A DNA stretch of 63,820 nt, counting the filler, from Octopus bimaculoides (taxonomy: Eukaryota), in assembly GCF_001194135.2 (NCBI RefSeq). It is 7 parts of 7 records of this genome, joined end to end, with 100 filler letters (N's around TTAATTAATTAA, not from the genome) between each part and the next. Parts side by side here need not be neighbours in the genome. Positions count along the whole stretch, not along the records: positions 42,184 to 51,908 come from NC_068983.1; positions 52,009 to 60,140 come from NC_068989.1; 5 more parts are not named here. One strand, given 5' to 3'. Positions 42,216-54,688 of this stretch are shown one piece after another. How positions within the stretch are numbered: the stretch's first letter is position 1; the number at the start of each line of letters is the position of its first letter. A program made the translations under genes and the position numbers. The notes beneath the pieces are model-generated. The model worked only from the letters and a program-made list of their open reading frames with translations, was not told the DNA's origin and ran no database searches.

Positions 42216-42864
42216 ATCCATATATACATTTTATTTATATGATATATATACACATATATATATATAGAGAGAGAGAGAGTGTGTGTGTGAGAAGGCGATA
42301 GGGTTTAAAATATGTCATACTAAGTATTTGTACGCATCTCAACTAGCTGTGGGTGACACAAAACGTGAAAGAAGCCAACGAGGAACCCTGCATGTGGTTA
42401 CACAACCTATTAGAAATAACAACCAAACTTCCCTCCAATTACACTCTACAATTTTAATAAAGGAAGAATATATTAAGTAGTGTCGCCACTTGAGTTCATT
42501 CTGCCCAAGTAAAAGATGGAATGGTGTTGGCTTGAAGACATTTCTTCGTAGTTTTACTTCATCAGGACTAAACCACATGTTTTTCTTCATTTTTTTTTTT
42601 CATTTTGTTATTGCTGTTATTGTTCTTTGTCGTCATCTTCATTACCATTATCATAGTGGCTTACTAAACAAACAAATTTTTCTGTTATCTTACGTTCACA
42701 TAATAAACCACGTGGTTGGTGACGTAATAACTGACCTCAGATGTCAAGATGACAGCAGTTTTGTTGTCTTTTGATTTCACTATTCAGTAAATAACAAAAG
42801 CAAATAATAATAGAAAAGGAAAAAAAGCAAGAAAGGGGGAAAGAGAGAAAGAAAGTAAAATAGA

Positions 42865-43019
42865 TAGAGAGAGAGAGACAGACAGAGACGGAGACAGACA
42901 GACAGACAGATAGACAGACAGACAGATAGACAGACAGACAGATAGACAGACAGACAGATAGACAGACAGACAGATAGACAGACAGACAGGTNNNNNNNNN
43001 NACAGACAGACAAACAGAC

Positions 43020-43093
<74 letters not shown>
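42865..43093. repeat. (GA)n/(GACA)n/(GATA)n compound microsatellite
   Basis: Directly visible. Confidence 0.95.
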
Positions 43094-43095
<2 letters not shown>

Positions 43096-43783
43096 AGTGT
43101 ATGCATAGCTGTGTGGTTAAGAAGCATACTTTACAATTATATGGATTCAAGATCGATCCTACTGAGTAGTATTTGGAGCAAGTGTCTTTTATCATAGCTT
43201 CGGGCCGCGAGCGAAACCCATCTGAATGCGTAGAAACAACCCGTCTGATGCCGTGTCTCTGTTTGAGGCGGTTCATTCAATAAATCACCTGGATGTCATT
43301 ATCGGATGAAAGCTCTATTGCAAGTATTTAGGCTAGATCTCTAGTCTAAGGATAAATGCCTTTTTTTATACCCATCAATCTAGGGGGCCTTGAAAAGGGT
43401 CATGGTCATTGCCCTCCAACATCTGCCTTAATAAAAAATTATGTGTGTCTGCATCAGTATGTGTATGTGTGTGTGTGTGTGTGTGTATGTGAGTGTGTAT
43501 TTTTTTTTTTTTTTTGTGCGTTGATATCTATATCAAAAAGACCCAAAAGTCCTTCCCCAGCTTAAGGCTGGTTTCCCGGGTTCTGTGACAAGACTACTCA
43601 TTTCTACCAACAGAGTGGACTGGAGCAACGTGAAATGAAATATTTTGCTCAAGAACAAAATACATCGCCCAGTTCAGGAATTGATACCATAATCTTACGA
43701 TTATGAACGCAACACTCTAACCACTAAGGCACGTGGTCCACATATCTATGTGTATATATACGTGGTGTGTGCGTGTGTGTGTG

Positions 43784-44001
43784 TAGGTAGGTAGGTAGGT
43801 AGGTAGGTAGGTAGGTAGGTAGGTAGGTAGGTAGGTAGGTAGGTAGGTAGGTGTGAGATGTGTGATTATCACACTTTTTCATCATCAGTTGTTTTTCTAA
43901 TGAATCAAACTATGATGGCTGGTACAATCCTTCTTTGACCCATTGTTGTTATCGTTGTTGTTCTTATGCTTGTTTTTGTTATTGTTGTTGTTTGTTGTTG
44001 T

Positions 44002-44072
<71 letters not shown>

Positions 44073-44080
44073 GATGATGA
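43784..44080. repeat. (TAGG)n (43784-43851) and (TTG)n/(GAT)n (43950-44080) just upstream of the giant-exon acceptor
   Basis: Directly visible. Confidence 0.9.
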
Positions 44081-44125
44081 TGATTAGCTGCACATCTGGT
44101 AATATTAATACTGTTTTTCTTTCAG

Positions 44126-44287
44126 CCTAGAATTTAATTGGTCGATAACCTGCTCCGACTGCTCTCGTAACCAAACCCAGAAAACAGATGGCAAGGAAAG
44201 TGGTTCGGCCGACCCCACTGGCAAACAGTCCTCTACACAACGTGATAAACAGCAATATTCTCACTTGAAAGAATTTTTCGCCTTCAC
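44126..44287 (+). CDS. Probable 5' part of the same giant exon (before the N gap)
   Basis: Acceptor CTGTTTTTCTTTCAG|C at 44125/44126 (alternative AG at 44130). The frame starting 44127 is open to the gap: LEFNWSITCSDCSRNQTQKTDGKESGSADPTGKQSSTQRDKQQYSHLKEFFAF. Continuity across gap 44288-44799 is inferred. Confidence 0.5.
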
Positions 44288-44799
44288 NNNNNNNNNNNNN
44301 NNNNNNNNNNNNNNNNNNNNNNNNNNNNNNNNNNNNNNNNNNNNNNNNNNNNNNNNNNNNNNNNNNNNNNNNNNNNNNNNNNNNNNNNNNNNNNNNNNNN
44401 NNNNNNNNNNNNNNNNNNNNNNNNNNNNNNNNNNNNNNNNNNNNNNNNNNNNNNNNNNNNNNNNNNNNNNNNNNNNNNNNNNNNNNNNNNNNNNNNNNNN
44501 NNNNNNNNNNNNNNNNNNNNNNNNNNNNNNNNNNNNNNNNNNNNNNNNNNNNNNNNNNNNNNNNNNNNNNNNNNNNNNNNNNNNNNNNNNNNNNNNNNNN
44601 NNNNNNNNNNNNNNNNNNNNNNNNNNNNNNNNNNNNNNNNNNNNNNNNNNNNNNNNNNNNNNNNNNNNNNNNNNNNNNNNNNNNNNNNNNNNNNNNNNNN
44701 NNNNNNNNNNNNNNNNNNNNNNNNNNNNNNNNNNNNNNNNNNNNNNNNNNNNNNNNNNNNNNNNNNNNNNNNNNNNNNNNNNNNNNNNNNNNNNNNNNN

Positions 44800-45893
44800 A
44801 AAATGTAATGACAACTCCACTACCTCCAAGTGATTCTAGTGTCGATATGCAGTTCTTGAGAAATCCAAATAATACTGGCAAACATACCGAGCTTCCTTTA
44901 TCAAAGAAGGGCATTGACGAGAGGTTTGTAGAGACAGTGGTGGCTGCTGTGGAAGACATTTCTAGCGATCAGGTGGAGAAAGTAAAATCTTTACAACCGC
45001 TAAAGCATTCAAAAGACCGAAATTTAGAGGCGGGTTCAATTCCAGATAAATTAGAATCGATTGCAAATTTAGTTAAAATTACTCAGAAGGCCAATGAAGA
45101 TTACGTTAAATTAGAAAGTGAAAATGCTCAAAATTCTATCGAAGAAGAGTATCTTAGGTACTCTTCCGTCCGTTCGGAAAGTGAAAGCAGCATAACATTT
45201 CCAAGAGACAGTTTGACTCCAGATAACACAAAGAGCGTATCATGGGACATCGTACCTACTCACAAAACTGATTCTAGATCAGAAACTACTGACTCTAGAT
45301 CAGAAAGTAGCCCCTTTGAAACGATACCCAGAGATGAATCAAATCCAGATTTGGAATTTAAAAGTTCAAAATTAAATAGTAAGAAAGCCAGCCAAAAACC
45401 AACATCAACTATTGCCAAAGAATCGAGTTATTACCAAAATTCTGTAAATGGAAGTTTAAGCCGAATTAAAGCGACAAACAAATTTTCTATGCGGAATTCA
45501 CATACACGGCGAACGTTTGAGTCACAGGATGCTACCCAAAATTATCTTTCGGGGGAGTCTCAGACAGCAACAACAACAAATACCGTAACAGCAGCAACAA
45601 CAACAGAGTCAGCAACAAGAACTCCTTCAAGAGCAGTTACACCACCAATAATTACAACAACAGCAGGGACAACAAAAGCAACACAGCGGTATTTTGACGT
45701 TAGAATACCATCAGAAAAGAAAGATAAAAGTCCAACCAAAAAGCAAATGAAAGAGGGGGTTGGATCAACTGTGTCAGCACACATGGCGTTTACATCAAGG
45801 ATCGGGAAAGGTGTTAGACCTTCGGCTGCTGATCAACTAATCATACCGATAACCCAACCAAAGTCGCGATCGGAAGTACAGCCGTCCTCGAAC

Positions 45894-45926
<33 letters not shown>

Positions 45927-48646
45927 GGTGGTGGTGGTGGTGTTGGTGTGACTACCAGTGTATTAGAGAATAATCCAATGGTCAATGAAGTCCAGCAGGA
46001 AGAAAGCATTCCAACAAGAGTTAGCCTGGAAAAGAAAACTTCCCCTGATTGGTGGAGAGGGACATACGGTATAAGGACTTCACATGGCACGTTAAGTTCC
46101 ATTAGAAGATTTTCAGTTCTGCGTGACGTGACATCAAAAGCAAGTCTTGGTAGTGAATGCGTAACTAGAGATAAAACATCCACTACAACAAAGTTTCCTT
46201 CGGTGGAAGACAAACAACTCATCTTGGAGCCGAAACCTAAAAGAATCTGGATGAGGAATTCTACAAAAAGGAAAACCGTCAACAGTGTAGCAGCTAGGAA
46301 ACAAGAAAGACCAGTTATTAATTCAAAAGCAAGACAACAAATAAGCGCTTCGAACGATTCTGAACAACTACTTGATATAATTCACAGGGAACATTCTCGA
46401 ATGTTTCCCTCAGAAAACTCCCAAAGCAGCGATACAAAAGTTCAAACTACAACTGGTAGTTCTAAAATAAACAGCATGAAAGATTTTTTGACAAGTCTTG
46501 TTAAAGGAAAAGATTCTAAAAATCGAAGAGAAAGTGAGACTAAATTGCAAACTAATAATCGAACAAATCAGTTTATCGAACCTGAAGATTTACTTATATC
46601 GACCACAAATGCATCTGTTGAACGCAAAGAAACTCAACTGCTTCATTTGACTGATGAAGGTAGTGGAGTTAATGAAAATCTTGACTCTGTCTTACGTAAT
46701 GAACTGGGATTTGAATTGAGTGTTAATGTCGAAAATACAACTAGCAAAGAAATTATGCCAGCTATGTCTACAAGAGGGAATATCGTAGAAAAAAACATTG
46801 ATGGTTTACCGGAACGTATGTTGTCAGTAGAACCTACGTTGACACCTCATACTGATGTTAACGACTTAGTCTTATCAAAACAATCGCTTGAAGCTGATTC
46901 TGTTACTCTTCCAAATATATCCGTTCCAGCTTTCCATTTACAACGGAACGTTACTGGAATGGTTAACACAGTTACTGAGCAGTTGAACATTTCTAGCGTC
47001 ATCCAAGATGTATCTTTTGAAATGGAAAATCCAATAGACTATAAAAGTTCTACTGAACAAACCAGATCCGATGACGATATACATATTAGACCAATTACAA
47101 CCAATACAGACAGTCAGGCAGTTCCTAAAAATGGGATTGGAACTACTGATCCTAATCAATCATTTAAAACCACAACAAATACCAAGATGAAAGTTTCTAA
47201 ACTCAAAACTTCAGTTTCGCTTTCGAATTCATTCGAAATTCCTTCGACAGGTTTTGAATACAACTTGATAAATTCAACTGAATATTTGGAAAAGGTCACT
47301 CCTGTTTACAATTCCAGTAAATTAGATCCATTTTATTCACAGGCCCCACCAAATAATAAATCAAGCGTAAACCCACCTTTTTTTCGGCAACACCTTTCAA
47401 CATTTAAAAATCAAACAAAATCGCAACAAAATAGGGGAAAAAACAATCAGATATCACAAACTTTTAACATCACAAATAATTTTTCCTCGATCGGAGTCAC
47501 TCCTCAATCAAATATCACATACGTTCCAGCAATCAGTGAAGTAGCAAATAATACTTCTATAAAGCATCCCCAGATGACATCGGACAAAAACAATCTCCAC
47601 AATGTTCTAACACCCATTAAAGCTACAACTTTAAGTTTCATAACTGGAATTGATACAAATACCCAAAAAACTAAAATCTCGAATCCGGTATTATCCACGT
47701 TACTAACGTCTACAACTATTACAAGAAAGAAAGATAAAATCCATTTATCGCCATCCGAAGAGTTACAACCTGAAAATCTGGCAACGAATAATGAGGAGGT
47801 TTTCACCCACAGCCAACTATATCCATCCACTCTTCACAAACCTAAACCTACATCACAGACTGAGTTTCGAACACTAAAAATATCTACAGATACAAGAACG
47901 ATTGAACATACCGGAAACAAAGAATATTTTCATGGAACTTCAACGTTTTCAACTCCGAGAAGAGTAAGTTCTGATAATTCTGATACCATTCATGCTATTA
48001 TGCCTGTGTCTAAAACTGCAGAGTTAAAAACTGTCCCATCAAATGTTAATGAAGCTCATTCTACTCTAAATCCCACAGTGAACACCAAATTCCACGAAAG
48101 ATTCCCCTTTACTCCTTCCAATGTTGGTCAAATGTTTACTACAATCTTTCCAAAGTCAACTACATCCAGTAGTTTCTTGAAAATTACGCTGCCAAAGTGG
48201 ATAATAATCTCCAGAAATTTCGAAGATTTTCTTCGACTTTCAAATAAAATGACACCAAAACAAAAATCAAATATAAACTTGTCATCTTCATTGTCCTCTA
48301 CAAAAGCAGTAACTGTTCCCAAATACAGATTTACCCCACGATGGTCAACTGTATTCTTAAAAGAACAAAAACTGTATGAACCACCGACTGTAATAAGACC
48401 AGGCATAAGTAGCAGTAGTAGTAGTGCTCAGCTAAAAGATCTTTACGCGAAAGGAAAACGACAAGAAATCCTTAATAAACCCCAACCTATCGGATCTCCT
48501 ATTCGACAAGTTCAGAATATACAAAAAGAAATGATACTCAGTCCAAGGGAAGTTTTTATAAAATACTGGCCAGCAATTACTGGCTCGACTTTTGGAGCCC
48601 TATTTCTTCTGGCAGCCATCTTAACATCAGTTGTCTGCAAAAGAAG
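44800..48646 (+). CDS. Giant coding exon (part 3' of the gap) of a single-pass type I membrane protein with a long Ser/Thr-rich mucin-like ectodomain
   Basis: About 3.85 kb of real non-N sequence with no stop in one frame and not built from simple repeats. Translation is S/T/N/K-rich with many N-x-S/T sequons. It ends in the hydrophobic WPAITGSTFGALFLLAAILTSVVC followed by KR. The donor AAGAAG|GTAATT at 48646/48647 falls just before the in-frame TAA (phase 2). Confidence 0.88.
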
Positions 48647-49329
48647 GTAATTGTTAATTGTTCCTTTTCTTTTATTTTGATATTTTAAATGACTGACATT
48701 TGTGGGTATCATGTTGATGATGCATGAATTTTATTATTTCATCAAACAACTTCATCACTAAAGGATTAGATTGTGAATACCAGCAAAACAATGATTTCTT
48801 TAGTCGAGACTGTTTCAGTAGTTGCTTTTGCTATTTATTCCGTGACATCTCTTCCTTTTTTCAGGAATAGTATACTTCCGACTACATTCTCCAATATACC
48901 CTTTTTAAATTTGTTAGTGTATAATTTTGAGAACGATGTCGCTTTATTTCTGGTATATTGTCCCAGTATACTGGGCAAGTTGGTGGTGTATATATATACA
49001 CACATGTGTACATACATATATATATATATANNNNNNNNNNNNNNNNNNNNNNNNNNNNNNNNNNNNNNNNNNNNNNNNNNNNNNNNNNNNNNNNNNNNNN
49101 NNNNNNNNNNNNNNNNNNNNNNNNNNNNNNNNNNNNNNNNNNNNNNNNNNNNNNNNNNNNNNNNNNNNNNNNNNNNNNNNNNNNNNNNNNNNNNNNNNNN
49201 NNNNNNNNNNNNNNNNNNNNNNNNNNNNNNNNNNNNNNNNNNNNNNNNNNNNNNNNNNNNNNNNNNNNNNNNNNNNNNNNNNNNNNNNNNNNNNNNNNNN
49301 NNNNNNNNNNNNNNNNNNNNNACACACAC

Positions 49330-51784
49330 GCTTTTAATGACCATCGTGAGCTGCATGGCGTTGAAAACCCCTGTCTGTTAGCTCTTTGTTGAACGGAAGT
49401 CTGCAACATAGTAAATCTCTGTTATAAGGTGTGGGAAGCTCATGTAGCAGCCATGTTGGCAGCATTCCTGACCAGGCGTGTAGTGCGTTGGTTTTTGTTC
49501 TCTGCAGCTCGCGCAGCTCGCGCCGCAGCAGTTGACGCAACATCAACTGTTCGTCGAATTTCACGGTGGTGTTCGGTCTCCGCAGCTCGTGCAGCAGCAG
49601 TTGATCCATTTGATTCAGTAAAGTTCGTCGAAGTTTACGCTGGTATTCAGTCTCTGCAGCTCGTGCAACAGCAGTTGAGGCAGCATCAACAGTTCGTCGA
49701 ACTTTACGCTGGTCATCTGTTTAGAGTGCTCTTGTAGTGGCTGTACGTTCACCATTTTGTGATCGTCTAATAGAAATTTCCAGGGACGATTCATTTGCCC
49801 TCCTTGCTGATGATCTTGCCACTTTCACAGTTTTTTTGGTCAATTGAATAACTCTTCCCTCGGCGCAAGACCTAAAATAAGGAGGAGGAAATGCACCCAG
49901 ATACACTGTTAAGTATTAAATATTAATTGAGAGGTTACTATGTAACTGTAAATAATTTGCAACCTTGCAACTGCTGTGGTGATAATTAACTGGTAGTTGA
50001 ACGGTAAATGTGTAAAATAAGATGATGTTAGTGTTATGACATTAGAATGAAAATGGAAACAATAAAAGTGAAATAATATTATAATCTTATCATATTAGAA
50101 TGAAAAGTGTAATAATAAAACTGAAGCAATTTTATATGACATTACAGTATAGATGCTATTCTCTCACTTTTGGCGCATAATAGTGAACCATTGTAAAAGA
50201 TTGTCCGCGCCCACATTAGGCAAGAAGTTAGAAATTGTTTTGGTCCATGACACTCCATGGATCGTCAGTAAGGCATGTGTAAAATTTTTAAAAATTAATA
50301 AGAACTCATCAGTAAATTAAATTCTGGACGCTTGTGATTTACATTAGCTATGAGCATCATCGCAGCCTGAGATTAAATAGGTAAAGGGTTAATGAAAGAG
50401 CAATTGAATGAATTGCTTAGTTTTGTTTAGTGGTGCTCGTGGGGCAGAAGCCCCCGTTCATGCTGCATCTGAGTCTACGAATGGTTATAGGTAAGCTGGT
50501 AGGTCTGCAGGCCAGCTTTAATCAAGAAGCAAAAAATTATTGGTAAATTTTAAGAAGTGCAGCCGTACGCATTTCACTAAGAAAAACGGAAAAAACTCGG
50601 TTTTTAGGGGGGGTTTTTTGTTTTGTTTTTTTTAATCAAGTTCCTGTTCCTCTATTCTTAATCACAGTATGTTTCGAAGTAGATTGAAGAAAAGAAATAG
50701 AAAAGAAGTTAAAATGTTAAAAATTGACTGAACCAATATAAAAGATTGTTCGGCGCGTGCATTAGGGAAGAAGTAAGAAATTATTTTGAAAAAGTTAAAA
50801 TGTAAAAATTTAGGGTAGGGACGGGGAATTGAAAATGAAAGTTTTTTTGTTTTGTTTTTTTGCATAATTAGAATGTGGCTGCTCTGTCGTATTTATAAGA
50901 AATCAGACAGGTTGAAGGATGAAGAGATCAGTGGTGCTTTAGTTGTGTGAGGTCGTTTGAACTCTCCGTAAGGTTAGAGGTGAAGTGGATGACAATATAT
51001 GGATGAACTCTCTGCAAGGTTAGAGGTGAACTCTCCGCAAGGTTAGAGGTGAAGTGGATGACAATATATTTTCACTTGACAAGGTAGCATCTGGTTAATG
51101 CCTCTTACCATCTTCTATTGTCCCGTAGTGAGAAGTAAGTTTCATTTCTCTGTCGTGGGAAGCAAATGAGAATGAAACGTAAGGGGACATTGTTTTGGAG
51201 ATTCCGGTTCGAATGTAAGGCAGGGCTGAAAGGGTTCCCATCGGCAATTAGCAGCAGTGGTAGAGTGTTGATGAGGAAAAGTATCTCGTAAAAGAGTAAG
51301 TAAATGTGTGTAAAGCGGACGAGTGCAGTTAGATTCTGCCCAGTTGGATAGAAGTTGTTGAATGGGAAACAACCGTACACCATACAGAGTAAATGTAACA
51401 AAGTGTGAACTTGCATTGTTCAATGACAGAACGATGAAGTTATTGACTTGGAGGAAAATTTGTGAATCTGTTTCGAATCACAAACAGAATGAATGTTACT
51501 GTAAATGTGCAATGAAAGTGAAACATTGCTATGGACCAGAAGAATAAAAGTGAAACATAGACGTTATTCTTTCACTTTTGACATGTAATAGCGAAACCAG
51601 TGTAAAAAATTGTTCCGGGCCGCATTAGGCCAGAAGTTGAAAACTTTTTTTGGCCCATGACACTCCATGGAACGTATGTAATATATGTGTAAAATATTAA
51701 TGAAATCGGTTGTGTAGTTCTTGAGTTTTAGGGATTCACACAGACAGACACACACACATTCTCATCTTTATATATATAGATAGA
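49330..51784 (-). mobile_element. Helitron-like element (5' terminus plus decayed N-terminal Rep repeats) inside the intron after the TM exon
   Basis: The minus strand begins A|TCTATCTATATATATAAAGATGAGAATGTGTG..CTGTCTG..AACCGATTTC (5' TC after A, typical of Helitron 5' ends). Segment 49500-49720 encodes three imperfect 'ETxxQRxxRRTVDAASTAxARAA' repeats like those at the N-terminus of Helitron Rep proteins. The 3' CTRR end was not securely found. Confidence 0.6.
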
Positions 51785-51861
51785 TGTTTGGCTTAATAAA
51801 CTGATCATATTTTGTTTCCTCTTGGCAATACATTGGCTTGTTTCTCTTACTTTTCATACAG

Positions 51862-51908
51862 GACTTACATACGAGCACGACGCACAACTAGGCCGTCGCA
51901 TCCTCCTC
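51862..51908 (+). CDS. Next exon: start of the cytoplasmic tail (runs into an assembly spacer)
   Basis: Strong polypyrimidine acceptor TTGTTTCTCTTACTTTTCATACAG|G. Joining to the phase-2 donor at 48646 gives ...VVCKR-R-TYIRARRTTRPSHPP, an open, basic juxtamembrane sequence. Confidence 0.6.
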
Positions 51909-52917
51909 NNNNNNNNNNNNNNNNNNNNNNNNNNNNNNNNNNNNNNNNNNNNTTAATTAATTAANNNNNNNNNNNNNNNNNNNNNNNNNNNNNNNNNNNN
52001 NNNNNNNNACATATATATATGATATAATAATATAATATATATGCATTGCAACCACAATATATTTTTAGTCGATATTGTTGTTAAAATGTATTCCCTGCAG
52101 ATTTTTAGATTAGAAGTAAAATCCCAGCCATACATTTGCACCAAAACTATTTAGTTAAACGTAAAACAACATATTTGACATAGTAAGCTTAAGCTAAAAC
52201 ATTTTAAAGTAAACAAACATTTTCTTGGCACATTACATTGAATACATTAGTCCCCATTAAATGAATTAGGTGCAGGGTTAATACCGCCCTTCCGTTTTAA
52301 CTTCTCGTAACACCTGACATTTCCAACTTGACGAATAATCTGGAGCTAGATGTAGTAAGCCAACAAAGCTGTGCTTAATGCATTACATATAAAGCAAATA
52401 AAGCTTGAAATTAACTATTAAGGGTTGTGGGAGGTTTTCCATTTCTCTCTTTGTTTTTGTATCTAAAATGATTTCAAAATATGAATTTGTACATGCTCCA
52501 GATATTTGTAAGGTTTTTAAAGCTGAGCATTGTATAGAATGCGATATGTGTGTATTTATGAATATCTATATGTAGGTATGTAAGTATATACCTACCTACC
52601 TACGAACCTACACCCCCCACACACACACACATGCACGCATATATATATTGTACTCCGTATGAATTTACTCTAACTATATATACATATCTATATATTTATA
52701 CATGGATATTCATCGTCTTAATATTTTCAGTCTTTGTTCTCTGTCTATTTATAGAAATACATGTTTCTATATTTTATATTTCTATCGCAAACTCGATTTT
52801 ATTTCTTTATTTGCATCATTCTCTGTCTGTCTGTCTGCCCCTCTCTCTCTCTCTCTTACTTTCTCCCTGTCTTGCTTTCTGTCTCTCTTACTTTCTCTCT
52901 CTCTCTTTATATATATA

Positions 52918-53870
52918 CAGAGTCCGGTGAGTAAACTGTCGTTTAAATTACGCAAAAATGAAAATAACACTGACGTCTCATTTTAACAAATATATTTACC
53001 GAAATTGCATCAAAATATCTTAGAATACTAAAGAGTAAATTTATTCAATACAATCGCCATTGTCTTCCGCGACGGCCTCCAGATGCCTTCGCAATCTCCT
53101 GCAACTCCTCCAGGCGGCCTTCTTGTTTATGTTGGTGACTATTGCCATAATCCTCGCCTTCATTTCATCTTTGGTGTTAGAAGGAGTTGTGTTAACGTCT
53201 CACTCCACTGCACCCCACACATAGTAATCAAGGTGGTTGCAGTCTGGGGAGATAGGTGGCCAGATGTTAGTGTTGATGTAGTCACAGAAATTGTCTGACA
53301 ACCGAGACTGTGTTCTCCTGCATGTGTGGCACAGTGCAGTGTCCTGTTGCCAGACAAAAGGTCTTCGAGCGGTTACCCGCTTGACCCAAGGCAGCACTAC
53401 CTCCTCCAGGAACTTGATGTAGGCCTCCGTGTTGAGCGTGAGGTCGTGTGGGAAGGTGAATGGAGGCATAACTTTGACATCACTAGTGACCACTCCAAAC
53501 ACAATGATGTTGACTGGATATTTGATTTTTATCACTCTCGTTACATGTCCTCAGATTGCGTTCTCCTCAAATTCCCATCTAAACACTCTGAAATATTCGT
53601 ATTTGAGCTTCCGGCGCGAATGTCAAGAAGTGCAGAATATCGTTTCCAAACTTGTGGCAGACTGAATAGCGTCATAATGCTGTTTCTCTCATACACGGTA
53701 CCCAGCTGACCCTACTATACACGCGTTTAGGCGTGCGGCTTTGTGTATTACACTAATAATCGTAAGGCTGTTGCGTCGATTTTTGGACCCGGTGATGTGT
53801 TCTTTTCTTGTACACAACACTTCATTTAACGTTGAAAACGGCTTTGTGAGCATGTCGCTTAAGAAGGACC
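52918..53870 (-). mobile_element. Internally deleted Tc1/mariner DD37D (maT/mori-type) transposon remnant
   Basis: The minus strand encodes WQQDTALCH...WPPISPDCNHLDYYVWGAVE with 37 residues between the 2nd and 3rd Asp (counted). It ends CRRLRRHLEAVAEDNGDCIE* (stop 53041-53043). The end TA|CAGAGTCCGG at 52916-52918 looks like a TA target plus TIR. The other TIR was not found. Confidence 0.85.
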
Positions 53871-53962
53871 CTTGGTACTTGTTTTGATATATATATATAT
53901 ATATATANNNNNNNNNNNNNNNNNNNNNNNNNNNNNNNNNNNNNNNNNNNNNNATATACATA

Positions 53963-53995
<33 letters not shown>

Positions 53996-54030
53996 GTTTG
54001 TATTTGCGCGTATTTAGAAACAGTCATATA

Positions 54031-54066
<36 letters not shown>

Positions 54067-54688
54067 TATTTGAAAACTTAGTTCCTACCAAAATACAGAA
54101 AATAAATTATGTGGCAGTAGTGTTTTACATTTGAATTAGCTTGAAGCTGGAAATTCCAGAAACCTTCTTCTTGTCGTTTAAAAACTTTTAAAAACAGGAT
54201 TGCTTAAGTGTGCTTGACTTAGCAAAAGTGTCTCCATTCATCCATATATAATACGCGCCCTTTCATCTTACCACAATTTCTGTTTTTTTTTTCTTTTTTT
54301 GTCTTGTGATTTGGAATAATTCGCTCAATCGTGCATGTTGTATACGGATGAATAAGGAAGATGAAAGGTTTCATGTATTCTTACTTAATTATTGTCATGC
54401 TTAATTTATATAACAACTGCTTGTTTGAATTCTCCATACTGTTCTTGGAAAATTAATAATAGTGGCAGAGCTCTTGTTGATTCCCAGTAACTTCATTATT
54501 ATGTCACATATAAAGATATCGTATTGTCTTTCTGGTCACAAAATTATTTGAAAGCATTTTTTTCTTCTGCAGTATACATGTTTTACTCAGATACAATTTT
54601 CCTCTTTATTTCAGTTAGACGGGTGGATGTTTAGAATCTTCACAAAAAAAAGAAAAGAAAAAAAAGATGTAATATATCTTTTTAGTTA

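Noticed and set aside
42535-42570. Minus-strand CTGATGA-A-GTA-AAAC-TAC-GAAGAAATGTC hammerhead-like string
   Set aside because: The GAAAC core is broken and there is no helix I pairing; it is compatible with chance.
49500-49720. Three spaced direct repeats superficially like a CRISPR array
   Set aside because: The units are contiguous, imperfect coding repeats without unique spacers; the context is eukaryotic and there are no cas genes.
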